The notes beneath the pieces were generated by a model, which was not told where the DNA came from, made no database searches, and saw only the letters and a list, made by a program, of their open reading frames with translations. A stretch of DNA of 64,000 nt from Nitrospirota bacterium (GTDB taxonomy: Bacteria; Nitrospirota; Leptospirillia; Leptospirillales; Leptospirillaceae). Location of the stretch: assembly GCA_021840555.1 (NCBI GenBank), contig JAKBXW010000002.1, positions 17,900 to 81,899 on the forward strand. The letters run 5' to 3'. Made by a program: the position numbers and the translations under genes. Positions 35,345-44,219 of the stretch are shown here, in pieces (positions within the stretch are counted from its first letter, which is position 1; each line of letters opens with the position of its first letter).

Positions 35345-36439
35345 TCAGACCTGTCCCTTGTCGTTTTTCCGGTTCTCACCCTCTTCCTGTCCGGGCTTCC
35401 GGAGACCGGTGAGGACCGCATGGGCCGCCACCCCGGCACCGGCCGCGCCGAGGGCGACCATCCCGATGGTGTCGGCGTCGGCCTCGACTCCGAAGCCTTC
35501 GACGTGGGACAGATGCTTGTAGAAGGGCCCCTTGTCCCAGAAGTCCTTTTCGGAGCAGCCGATGCAACCGTGGCCGGACTTGATCGGGAAGGAGACGCCG
35601 TTGTTCCAGCCGGTCGTCGAACAGGCGTTGTAGGTCACCGGGCCCTTGCATCCGACCTTGTAGAGGCAGTATCCCTTCCGGGCCCCCTCGTCGTCCCAGC
35701 GCTCGACGTACTGGCCCGCGTCGAAGTTCGGACGGCGATAGCACTTGTCGTGGATCCTCTGGCTGTAGAACATCTTGGGACGCCCTTCCCTGTCGAGGGC
35801 GGGAAGCCGTCCGAAGGCGGTGATGTAGGTGATGACGCCCGTCATCACCTCGGCGATGGGAGGACAGCCCGGGATCTTGATCACCGCGTGGTCGGTCAGA
35901 ACCTTGTCGATCGGCGTGGCCTGGGTCGGATTTGGTTTCGCGGCCTGAACGCATCCCCAGGAGGCGCAGGAGCCCCAGGCGATGACGGCCTTGGCCTTTG
36001 AGGCAACCCGCCTGAGCTGCTCGACGAAGGGTTTGCCGCCGACAATGCAATACATCCCGTCCTCGTTCAGGGGAGGATTGCCTTCAACGGCCAGGATGTA
36101 CTCTCCGGGATATTTCCGCATGATGTCGTCGATGCAGGCCTCCGCCTGGAAACCGGCCGCCGCCATGAGAGTGTCGTCGTAGTCCAGCGAAATCATGGAC
36201 AGGATGACATCCTTGGCCAGGGGGTGGGACGAACGGATGAAGGATTCGCTGCAGCAGGTGCATTCGAGGCCATGCAGCCAGAGCACGGGAACCCGCGGCC
36301 GGGTCTCGAGGGCCCGGGCGATGTCGTAGACATAGGCCGGCCCCAGCGACAGGCCGGCGGCCATGACGCTGCAGAACTTGAGAAAGCTCCTTCGGGTGAT
36401 TCCCTGGCTCCGCATGACCTCGTAGACGGTCTCGGACAT
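35345..36439 (-). CDS. hoxK: [NiFe] uptake hydrogenase small subunit, Tat-exported, C-terminal membrane anchor
   Basis: Tat motif 'TRRSFLKF', '[14 protein letters not shown]', '[16 protein letters not shown]', 'PGCPP', distal-cluster motifs, C-terminal TM. GAGGAGG RBS. Confidence 0.95.
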   Translation of the reverse strand: MSETVYEVMRSQGITRRSFLKFCSVMAAGLSLGPAYVYDIARALETRPRVPVLWLHGLECTCCSESFIRSSHPLAKDVILSMISLDYDDTLMAAAGFQAEACIDDIMRKYPGEYILAVEGNPPLNEDGMYCIVGGKPFVEQLRRVASKAKAVIAWGSCASWGCVQAAKPNPTQATPIDKVLTDHAVIKIPGCPPIAEVMTGVITYITAFGRLPALDREGRPKMFYSQRIHDKCYRRPNFDAGQYVERWDDEGARKGYCLYKVGCKGPVTYNACSTTGWNNGVSFPIKSGHGCIGCSEKDFWDKGPFYKHLSHVEGFGVEADADTIGMVALGAAGAGVAAHAVLTGLRKPGQEEGENRKNDKGQV

Positions 36440-36597
36440 GGTCCCTCCTCGGTTGAAGCCTGATGACTCCCCCTGAAGTGAATTTTTACGGGGGAAGAAC
36501 GGGATGGTCCTCGTCAATGACGTTCGGAATGAGTGTCAACCCGGCTTCGTCGCCGGAAGTGGGGGTGAGATCGGGCCGGAGGAAGAAGTTCCGGTCC

Positions 36598-36614
36598 GGC
36601 GGAATGTTTCCGCC
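36598..36614. promoter_or_regulatory. 17-bp palindrome in the hydrogenase / Tmk-like divergent intergenic region
   Basis: GGCGGAA-TGT-TTCCGCC, about 160 nt from each flanking start codon. Confidence 0.3.
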
Positions 36615-36695
36615 CGAACTATACCGCCGGTGAAAACAGAATGCAACCCTCACGAACGGGAAAGCCGGGAGACGGGCCGGACGGCCTTCTCTTGC

Positions 36696-36724
36696 TTGAC
36701 TTTACAAGACGTCGCTGATAGTTT
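36696..36724 (+). promoter_or_regulatory. candidate sigma70 promoter for the Tmk-like pair
   Basis: TTGACT-17 nt-TAGTTT, about 55 nt upstream of the TTG start at 36778. Confidence 0.4.
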
Positions 36725-36777
36725 TTTAATCGTCCCCCGGACGGTCACACTACCCACTCTCCTAAGGAAGATTCCTG

Positions 36778-37476
36778 TTGGAACGGACCTCCCAGTATCC
36801 CGGACTCCTGATCGCCATCGAAGGCACCGACGGATCGGGAAAAACCACCCAGGCCGAACTTCTGAAGCACTACTACCTTTCGCGAGGGGTGGCGGTGGTC
36901 GTCTCCGCATGCAACACCGTCGAGCTGATCCGCCGGGCCATCTCGGATCTCAAACAGCAGAACTTTCTTGATCCCCTGACCTTCAGCTTTCTCTATGCCG
37001 CAGACTTCGTCGACCGCTTCGAGCACCAGATCATTCCGGCGCTGGAGGCGGGACAGCTCGTGATCGCCGAACAGTATGTCTACACGGTCTTCGGCCGCGC
37101 CATCCTCCGGGGGATTGCCCCGGAATGGATCGCGAACATCTTCGACTTCGCCCTGGTCCCGGCCAAGACCTTCTACCTCGACCTTCCGGTCGAATCCCTC
37201 CTCGAGAGAATCCACTGGAAGACCCGCCAGGAGCGCTTCTTCGACTACTACGAGGCGGGGATGGACATGAATCTCTCCAGTCGCAAGAAGGACTCCTTCG
37301 TCATCTACCAGCGCCGCCTGATCGAGCTTTATCGCGAGATGGCCAAGATGCACGGAATGGAGACCATCGACGCCATGGCCCCGATCCACCGACAGCAGAA
37401 ATCTCTGCGGACGAGAATCGACAACCTGCTGGTCGCCCACCGCAAGGGGGGGGATCTTTCGGGAGGGACCCGGTGA
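36778..37476 (+). CDS. thymidylate-kinase-like P-loop protein, paralog A (degenerate DRY motif)
   Basis: P-loop 'IEGTDGSGKTTQ'. The position of the Tmk 'DR(Y/F/H)' motif reads 'AEQY'. Shares 'YEAGMDMNLSS' with paralog B. TTG start. Confidence 0.7.
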   Translation: MERTSQYPGLLIAIEGTDGSGKTTQAELLKHYYLSRGVAVVVSACNTVELIRRAISDLKQQNFLDPLTFSFLYAADFVDRFEHQIIPALEAGQLVIAEQYVYTVFGRAILRGIAPEWIANIFDFALVPAKTFYLDLPVESLLERIHWKTRQERFFDYYEAGMDMNLSSRKKDSFVIYQRRLIELYREMAKMHGMETIDAMAPIHRQQKSLRTRIDNLLVAHRKGGDLSGGTR

Positions 37477-38135
37477 GCCATACGCCTCCCCACTCCTATC
37501 CCGGACGTCTCGTCGTGGTCGAAGGAATCGACGGATCGGGAAAATCGACCCAGATGGATCTTCTCGCCGACTATCTCCAGTCCCGGGGCTTCGGGGTCCT
37601 GAAGAGCTCCTGGAACTCAAGCCCCGACATCTCCCCCGTCATCCGAAAGGCCAAGAAGAAGCAGGTTCTGACACCCTATGCCTTCAGCCTGCTCCATGCC
37701 GCCGACTTCAGCTTCCGTTACACCTACGAGATTCTTCCGGCCATGGAGGCGGGGATGATCGTCCTGTCCGACCGGTACATCTTCACCGCCATCGCCCGGG
37801 ACTGCGCCCGGGGGATCCCGCGGAAATGGCTCGTCTCCAATTTCAGCTTTGCCATCGTTCCGGACCTGACCTTCTTCTTCCGCGTCGACCCGGAAACATC
37901 CTATCAGCGAATCACCCGGACGCGTCCCATCAAGTTCTACGAGGCGGGCATGGACATGAACCTCTCCTCCAATCCCCGGGAATCCTACACACTCTTCCAG
38001 TCGCGGGTCCTTTCGGAATACGAGTCCATGAAGGAGGAGTACGGCTTTCATCTGGTGGACGCGACCATGAGCCTTGAACGGACCCAGACCCGGATGCGGC
38101 GCCTCATGGGCCCGATCATCCGCTCCCTGTCCTGA
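37473..38135 (+). CDS. thymidylate-kinase-like P-loop protein, paralog B
   Basis: GTG start overlapping the stop of paralog A (GTGA). 'VEGIDGSGKSTQ', intact 'SDRYIFT', 'YEAGMDMNLSS'. Confidence 0.7.
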   Translation: MSHTPPHSYPGRLVVVEGIDGSGKSTQMDLLADYLQSRGFGVLKSSWNSSPDISPVIRKAKKKQVLTPYAFSLLHAADFSFRYTYEILPAMEAGMIVLSDRYIFTAIARDCARGIPRKWLVSNFSFAIVPDLTFFFRVDPETSYQRITRTRPIKFYEAGMDMNLSSNPRESYTLFQSRVLSEYESMKEEYGFHLVDATMSLERTQTRMRRLMGPIIRSLS

Positions 38136-38151
38136 GGATTTCCGAAGGTCT

Positions 38152-38628
38152 CTAGGGGGTGCCGAGACAGCCCCGGGTATGCACCCGCACGAGGAGGCCG
38201 TTCTTGGAGACCCGTTTTCCGTTGGAGCTGTAAATTCGGAACTGGTAGGCGGTGCAGGGAAGAAGTCCCGTGATCCGGACCTGGTTCGTCGGAACATCCA
38301 CCACCAGGCGGTTTCCGTTGTAGACGAGATAGTCGGAGACATTGCTGACGCGTCGCCACTCGAGATAGATTCCGTCCCCCTCGCTCAGGGGAACCACATG
38401 GGAAAAAGTGGGAGGCTGAAGTTCTTCGCCGAATCCAGAATGCGTCCCATTCGGGGCGGTTTCGGAGTTGGAGGGCGTGACGGTCCGGGAAGATGGCGGC
38501 TTCGATGGGGAGAAGAGTCCTCCGAGAAGGCCGTGGGGATTGTTCCAGGCATCCGCGGTGCAACCGGACAGAAGGAAGAGGGCGAATACTCCAGGAGCGG
38601 CGGCCGACATCCTCCATTTCTGCATCAT
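38152..38628 (-). CDS. lipoprotein with fibronectin type III-like domain
   Basis: Lipobox 'LLSGC', then a Ser/Pro linker and an FN3-like pattern 'YLEWRRV..YLVY......ITGLLPCTAYQFRIYS'. Confidence 0.55.
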   Translation of the reverse strand: MMQKWRMSAAAPGVFALFLLSGCTADAWNNPHGLLGGLFSPSKPPSSRTVTPSNSETAPNGTHSGFGEELQPPTFSHVVPLSEGDGIYLEWRRVSNVSDYLVYNGNRLVVDVPTNQVRITGLLPCTAYQFRIYSSNGKRVSKNGLLVRVHTRGCLGTP

Positions 38629-38696
38629 TCATCCCCTTTGATCGGCAATTCCGGAGGCTTCCCGGAGTTATGAGGGTCGCATCCCGACTTTTTCAA

Positions 38697-38705
38697 TGTT
38701 ATAAT
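38697..38705 (+). promoter_or_regulatory. extended -10 element upstream of rpiB
   Basis: TGTTATAAT (TGn + TATAAT) 73 nt upstream of the rpiB ATG. No good -35 element. Confidence 0.35.
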
Positions 38706-38777
38706 TTTAGGGTAGGCTGGGTCATTTGTCATCCGGCAAAATCCTTCGCAAAAATAATCAAACGAAACGATGCCTTC

Positions 38778-39242
38778 ATGTCAAACGTCAGCACCGCATC
38801 CACCCGTTTTTACTTCGGATCCGACCACGCGGGACGGGAACTCAAGGACATCCTCCTTGCCCACGCCAAAAAAAGGGGTCTGGCCTCCGAAGATCTGGGA
38901 ACCTATACCGACGATTCGGTGGATTATCCCGACTACGCCGAAAAAGTCGGCCGGTCGGTCGTGGCCGATCCCGGCTCCCTGGGAGTTCTCGTCTGCGGGA
39001 CAGGGATCGGGATGAGCATCGCGGCCAACAAGGTTCATGGCATCCGGGCCGCCCTCCTTTACAATGAAAGTACCGCGCGTCTTGCCCGGCAGCACAACAA
39101 CGCGAACATCATCACCATGGGCGGGCGGGAGATATCCCCGGACCAGGCCATCGCCTGGTTCGACATTTTTGTCATGACAGTTTTCGAGGGAGGCCGGCAC
39201 AGCCGTCGCCTTGAAAAGATCGCCCGCATCGAGGGCCCGTGA
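38778..39242 (+). CDS. rpiB: ribose-5-phosphate isomerase B
   Basis: 'FGSDHAGRELK', 'GVLVCGTGIGMSIAANK', 'ARQHNNANI', 'GGRHSRRL'. Confidence 0.9.
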   Translation: MSNVSTASTRFYFGSDHAGRELKDILLAHAKKRGLASEDLGTYTDDSVDYPDYAEKVGRSVVADPGSLGVLVCGTGIGMSIAANKVHGIRAALLYNESTARLARQHNNANIITMGGREISPDQAIAWFDIFVMTVFEGGRHSRRLEKIARIEGP

Positions 39243-39334
39243 CTTCCCGGAAGAGCGCTCCCCACTGACAGCCATCCGGCAGACGGGAGAGAAGTTTCCC
39301 GTCCGCCCCATCATCGAGAGAGGACCGACCATCC

Positions 39335-40603
39335 ATGTTCTGGCTTGAACAGAAAGACCCCGAAACCTACCTGGCGATCATGAACGAAGTCAAACGGGAG
39401 CAGGACCGACTGATCCTCATCGCCTCCGAGAACTATGTGAGCCCCTCCATCCTCGAGGCGGTCGGCTCGGTCATGACCAACAAGTACGCCGAAGGCTATC
39501 CCGGCAAGCGCTACTACGCCGGCTGCGAGGCGGTCGACCAGGTCGAGGAGCTGGCCATCTCGCGCGCCAGGACTCTCTTCGGCGCGGAACATGTGAATGT
39601 CCAGCCCCACTCCGGATCCCAGGCCAACATGGCCGTTTACCTGGCGGCGATCAAGCCGGGGGACACCATCCTCGGCATGAATCTCGCCCATGGAGGCCAC
39701 CTGACCCACGGGTCCCAGGTCTCCTTTTCCGGCCACTACTACAAGTCGGTCTTCTACGGAGTCGACCCAAAATCCGGACTGATAGACTACGACGGGCTCA
39801 GAGCCCAGGCCCGGGAACACCGGCCCCGCATCATCATCGCCGGCGCGAGCTCCTATCCCCGGACCATCGACTTCGCCACATTCCGGGCGATCGCCGACGA
39901 AGTGGGGGCGACCCTTCTCGTGGACATGGCCCACATCGCGGGACTCGTAGCGGCGGGACTGCATCCCTCCCCCTTTCCGCTGGCCGACTTCGTCACGACC
40001 TCGACACACAAGACACTTCGCGGCCCCCGCGGAGGCATGGCCTTCTCCCGCGAGCCGATGGGCAAGGCCCTCGACAAGGCCGTCTTCCCGATGATGCAGG
40101 GTGGACCGCTCATGCATGTCGTGGCTGGCAAGGCGGTGATGCTGAACGAAGCCCTGGCACCCTCCTTCCGGGACTACATGGGAAGGGTCCTTGAAAACTG
40201 CCGGGTACTGGCCCGCTCCCTGTCGGAGGCCGGCTACAGCCTTCTGACCGGAGGAACGGACAACCACCTTCTCCTGATCGACCTGAGACCCCAGGGGCTG
40301 ACCGGCAAAGACGCGGAGCACTACCTCTCCCAGGCCGGCATTTTCGTGAACAAGAACGCGGTTCCCTTCGACGACAAGCCGCCAACGATCACCAGCGGCA
40401 TCCGCATCGGAACACCCGCGGCAACGACTCGCGGACTGGGCCCCGAGGAGATGCTCCTGATCGGTGGATGGATCCGCCAGGCCCTCGAAAGCCGGGGCAA
40501 GGAGGAGGTTCTCCGGCGCATCTCCGGAGAGGTGGGCGACCTTCTTTCCCGCTTTCCCATCTATGGAGAAATCCGGAAGAGCCCCTCTTCCTCCCGTTCA
40601 TGA
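39335..40603 (+). CDS. glyA: serine hydroxymethyltransferase
   Basis: 'LIASENYVS', '[11 protein letters not shown]', '[15 protein letters not shown]' (PLP lysine). Confidence 0.95.
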   Translation: MFWLEQKDPETYLAIMNEVKREQDRLILIASENYVSPSILEAVGSVMTNKYAEGYPGKRYYAGCEAVDQVEELAISRARTLFGAEHVNVQPHSGSQANMAVYLAAIKPGDTILGMNLAHGGHLTHGSQVSFSGHYYKSVFYGVDPKSGLIDYDGLRAQAREHRPRIIIAGASSYPRTIDFATFRAIADEVGATLLVDMAHIAGLVAAGLHPSPFPLADFVTTSTHKTLRGPRGGMAFSREPMGKALDKAVFPMMQGGPLMHVVAGKAVMLNEALAPSFRDYMGRVLENCRVLARSLSEAGYSLLTGGTDNHLLLIDLRPQGLTGKDAEHYLSQAGIFVNKNAVPFDDKPPTITSGIRIGTPAATTRGLGPEEMLLIGGWIRQALESRGKEEVLRRISGEVGDLLSRFPIYGEIRKSPSSSRS

Positions 40604-41070
40604 ACTGTCCCTTCTGCCGCACCGCTGATTCGAAGGTGATCGACTCCCGGCTGACCGCCGACGGACGGGGTATTCGCCGTCGGCGTGAATGCCACTCCTG
40701 CCGGAATCGTTTCACCACCTACGAATGGGTTCAGGAATCGGCGCCTATGGTGGTCAAGAAGGACGGGAGACGGGAGCCCTACGACAGAAACAAGCTCCAG
40801 GAAGGTCTTCAGAGAGCCTTTCAGAAGAGGCCTGTTTCGACCGGAACGATCGAGGAACTCGTGCGGACGATCGAGCGGACGATCTCCGAAATCTCCTCAC
40901 CCGAGATCTCCTCCCAGCGAATCGGCGAACTCGTCATGGACCATCTTGCACGGATCGATCATGTGGCCTATGTCCGCTTCGCTTCGGTCTACAAGAACTT
41001 CAGGGACCCGGAAGAATTTGCCCTCGAAATTTCCCGGCTGAAACATGGATCCGACCTCAAGCCCCTCTGA
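40600..41070 (+). CDS. nrdR: transcriptional repressor NrdR
   Basis: '[17 protein letters not shown]...[16 protein letters not shown]' zinc ribbon plus ATP-cone. ATGA overlap with the glyA stop. Confidence 0.9.
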   Translation: MNCPFCRTADSKVIDSRLTADGRGIRRRRECHSCRNRFTTYEWVQESAPMVVKKDGRREPYDRNKLQEGLQRAFQKRPVSTGTIEELVRTIERTISEISSPEISSQRIGELVMDHLARIDHVAYVRFASVYKNFRDPEEFALEISRLKHGSDLKPL

Positions 41071-43045
41071 CACTCTCGTCAATGTTCTCCCCCTTGAACC
41101 CCTCGAATCCCCCTTCCTGACGTACCGCCTTCCCGAGGGCCACCTCCGGCCAGCGTCCGGAACACGGGTGATCGTTCCCCTGGGTCGACGCCGGGTCACG
41201 GGGATCGTCTGGCCCACCCAAGCCCCTCCCTGGACCGGAGAAACCCGGGAAATTGCCGATCTTCCCGACCCCCGGCCCGTTCTCCCGGAATCCCTTTTCG
41301 CTCTTCTCGAATTCGGAGCCTGGTATTACCGGATTCCCCTGGGCTCTCTCGTCCGGTTTGCCCTTCCCCCGTCACTCTCGGCCGTACGAACTCTTGTCCC
41401 GCGTTTCTGGAAGGAGATGACGGAGGAAAGGACGGTCGAGTTTGCGCTCCCCTCATTCCTTCCTCCGCTGACGTCGGACCAGAAGCAGGCCCTTGAAGAA
41501 TGGGAGAGCCGACGGGAAGCAGGAGGTTTTGTCCCTTTTCTTCTCGAAGGGATCACGGGATCAGGGAAGACCCGCCTCTACCAGGAGATGGCCGTCAGGG
41601 TCCTTTCGGAAGACAGGACCGTGCTCGTCCTGACCCCCGAGATCGGGCTCGTGGGTCCCCTCCAGGCCGCAATGGAGCAAATCTCTCCCGACACACTCCC
41701 GATCCACAGCCGGCAGACTCCGGCCACACGCGCCCGGGGGTGGGCCCGCATTCTTTCGGGAAGGATCCGGATCGTCGTGGGACCCCGTTCCGCCCTTTTC
41801 GCCCCCCTTCCCAATCTGGGCCTGATCATCGTCGACGAGGAGCACGATCCCTCCTACCAGGCCTACGAGGGCCTTTCCTTCAACGCAAGAAACCTGGCGA
41901 TCAAGCGGGCACAGGAAGAGCGCATTCCCATCGTTTTGGGCTCCGCGACGCCTCTCTCCGACTCCCTGTTCCAGATCTCTTCGGGGCGATATCACCCGCT
42001 TCGCCTTCCACGCCGGATCGGAGGATTTTCCCTTCCTCCCATCGACCTCGTCCTCCCTTCGGAGAAGCCGACATCCATTCCCGAGGAAGTCCGTCAATCC
42101 CTGTCGAAGACACTTGGCCGGGGAGAACAGGCGGTCATTCTGTTGAACCGGAGGGGATTCGTCCCAACGCTCCTGTGCCGGGACTGCCACACCCACGTCT
42201 CCTGTCCTTCCTGCTCCGTGCGACTCGTTCTGCACAAGGTTCCCGAACGCCGGATGATCTGTCACTTCTGCGCGGCCTCCTTTGCCGTTCCCAGTCTGTG
42301 TCCCGCCTGCCGGGGGCGCAACCTGGATCTTCGCGGAATCGCCACCCAGAAGCTTGAGGAGGATCTCGGGTTTCTTTTTCCTGAGGCGCGGGTCATCCGG
42401 CTGGATCAGGACCAGAAGGATGCGGCATGGGAAAGAATCGAACGATTCCGGGAAGGAGAGGGAGAGATTCTGATCGGAACCCAGGTGGTGGCCAAAGGCC
42501 ACGACCTCCCCCGCGTAACCCTGGGAGTGGTCCTGGAAGCGGACGGCATGCTGGCCTTCCCCGATTACCGGGCAAGCGAGCGGGCCTTCGGTCTGTGGCT
42601 GCAGCTGGCGGGGCGCGTCGGGCGCCACCGGGAGGGTGGACGTGTCCTGATCGTGACGCGGGAGCCGGAGAATCCGATTTTCGGGTGGACCAAAAGCTAC
42701 GATATCCGGGCTTTCCACGAAAGCCTGCTCGCGGAACGCCGGCTGCTCGGTTATCCGCCCTTTTGCCGGGTCGCCTCGGTCATCCTGTCGTCGGCCACGG
42801 AGGAGGTCATCCGGGATGTTCTGGCCGAACCCTCTCCTTTCGGTCCTTCCTCCCCGGGCAACGGGATTTTCGGTCCGATCCCCGCCCTGCCCGCCCGGCT
42901 CAAAAACCGCCACCGGGCCCAGATCCTGATCAAGGCCCCGACGATCCGGGAGATCCATGAACGTCTTTCCCGGATCCGGGAGCACTACCGGCCGGGGAAG
43001 AAAATTCTGGTGGAATGGCAGGTTGATCCGTTCGACCTGACTTAG
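41045..43045 (+). CDS. priA: primosomal replication-restart helicase PriA
   Basis: Walker A 'GITGSGKT', 'VDEEHDPSY', Cys-rich zinc region 'CRDCHTHVSCPSCSVRL..CHFC...CPACRG'. Confidence 0.9.
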   Translation: MDPTSSPSDTLVNVLPLEPLESPFLTYRLPEGHLRPASGTRVIVPLGRRRVTGIVWPTQAPPWTGETREIADLPDPRPVLPESLFALLEFGAWYYRIPLGSLVRFALPPSLSAVRTLVPRFWKEMTEERTVEFALPSFLPPLTSDQKQALEEWESRREAGGFVPFLLEGITGSGKTRLYQEMAVRVLSEDRTVLVLTPEIGLVGPLQAAMEQISPDTLPIHSRQTPATRARGWARILSGRIRIVVGPRSALFAPLPNLGLIIVDEEHDPSYQAYEGLSFNARNLAIKRAQEERIPIVLGSATPLSDSLFQISSGRYHPLRLPRRIGGFSLPPIDLVLPSEKPTSIPEEVRQSLSKTLGRGEQAVILLNRRGFVPTLLCRDCHTHVSCPSCSVRLVLHKVPERRMICHFCAASFAVPSLCPACRGRNLDLRGIATQKLEEDLGFLFPEARVIRLDQDQKDAAWERIERFREGEGEILIGTQVVAKGHDLPRVTLGVVLEADGMLAFPDYRASERAFGLWLQLAGRVGRHREGGRVLIVTREPENPIFGWTKSYDIRAFHESLLAERRLLGYPPFCRVASVILSSATEEVIRDVLAEPSPFGPSSPGNGIFGPIPALPARLKNRHRAQILIKAPTIREIHERLSRIREHYRPGKKILVEWQVDPFDLT

Positions 43046-44219
43046 GGACAGGAATCCTGTCCAGATAGGCTTCGATCATCGCCGAACGGGCCAGAGGCTC
43101 TCTCTTCATCCACCCCGTCACACGACCCTTTCCAAGAACGGGAACCCCTTCCGGACGGCGCCCGAGTATTTCGAGAATTCGGCTCGAAGAGTCGTCCCGG
43201 TCGACGAATGGACCCGGAACGATCCCGGGAAGATCGGAGACGCGGACACCATCCCATTGTGAAAAGGAGCGCGTCCGCAGAGTTTCCCAGGAGATCTCCC
43301 CAAGGTACCGCCCGTCCTCCGACGAAACGACGGGAAGACGATCTTCGCTTCCATGGAGGAGAGGGCCCAGAATCACCTCCTGAACCCACATTTCCGGTCT
43401 CACGAGCGCAGGGACCGGGAGCAGCCAGCGGTCGAAGCCTTCATCTTCCAGAATCTGGGCGATCCTGTTTCTCTCCCGAAAGTCCATGAGGATGTTCAGC
43501 ACGAGATATCCGAGGATCAGCCCACCGAATCCGGAAACCAGCAGTCCCCGGGCCACAAGGAGCAGTCCCGACAGGGAGAGAACGAACCCTCCGGCCCATC
43601 CCAGCTTTTCCGGAAGGCTCCCGATCCCCGGACGATCTTTTCCCGTCGCCTGGGAAAAAACCAGCCCCACCAGGATGCCGGCATCGAAGGGAAGGCCCGG
43701 AAACAAGTTCAGGAGTGCGAGAAGAAGGTTCAGGTTCGCGAAGATCCGGAGAAGATAGGCGACCTGCGGGAAAAAAAAGGTCCAGTCGCCTCCGGCGAAA
43801 GTCAGAACCGAGAGAGAAATCTGCCAGATAATCAGATTGATGACCGGTCCCGCAGCCCTGACGGCGAATTCCCGAGGACCGGGGGGTCCAAAATCAACCC
43901 GATGCTCCGGGAAGCCTCCCCAGAAGGAAAGGCGGCTTCCGTCGTAGGGGACCCGCAGAAGCCGCGCCGTCATGCGATGGCCCAGCTCGTGAAGAAGCGT
44001 TACCAGAAGGGCCAGAAAGATCGTCGACACTCCCAGGACCACCGACCCGTAAAGGCCTCCGGCAGGCATCCCCCCTGAAAATCCAGCCGCTGAGAAAAGA
44101 TAGACCCCGTAAAAGGCCCAGGATCGATCCAGCCGGATCTTTCCTTCAGACCCCGGGCGATCTGCCGGAAAACGGCCTCTTCCGACGAGACGGTCGAGGA
44201 CGGGATGCCGGGGAATCAC
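42930..44219 (-). CDS. M50-family (site-2 protease-like) metallopeptidase with CBS pair
   Basis: 'LLHELGHRM' HExxH within a TM segment, multiple TMs, C-terminal CBS-like region. The last 116 nt overlap the 3' end of priA. Confidence 0.75.
   Translation of the reverse strand: MIPRHPVLDRLVGRGRFPADRPGSEGKIRLDRSWAFYGVYLFSAAGFSGGMPAGGLYGSVVLGVSTIFLALLVTLLHELGHRMTARLLRVPYDGSRLSFWGGFPEHRVDFGPPGPREFAVRAAGPVINLIIWQISLSVLTFAGGDWTFFFPQVAYLLRIFANLNLLLALLNLFPGLPFDAGILVGLVFSQATGKDRPGIGSLPEKLGWAGGFVLSLSGLLLVARGLLVSGFGGLILGYLVLNILMDFRERNRIAQILEDEGFDRWLLPVPALVRPEMWVQEVILGPLLHGSEDRLPVVSSEDGRYLGEISWETLRTRSFSQWDGVRVSDLPGIVPGPFVDRDDSSSRILEILGRRPEGVPVLGKGRVTGWMKREPLARSAMIEAYLDRIPVPKSGRTDQPAIPPEFSSPAGSAPGSGKDVHGSPGSSGP

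Noticed and set aside
36534-36539. Perfect TTGACA (minus strand) as the hydrogenase operon -35 element
   Set aside because: The hexamers 16-18 nt downstream (TGACGA/TTGACG/GACGAG) are poor -10 elements. It was left as an observation only.
39270-39300. Hairpin GACGGGA...TCCCGTC between rpiB and glyA as a terminator or attenuator
   Set aside because: It is a 7-bp stem without a following T-run and with no recognisable leader peptide or riboswitch. Evidence is insufficient for a feature call.
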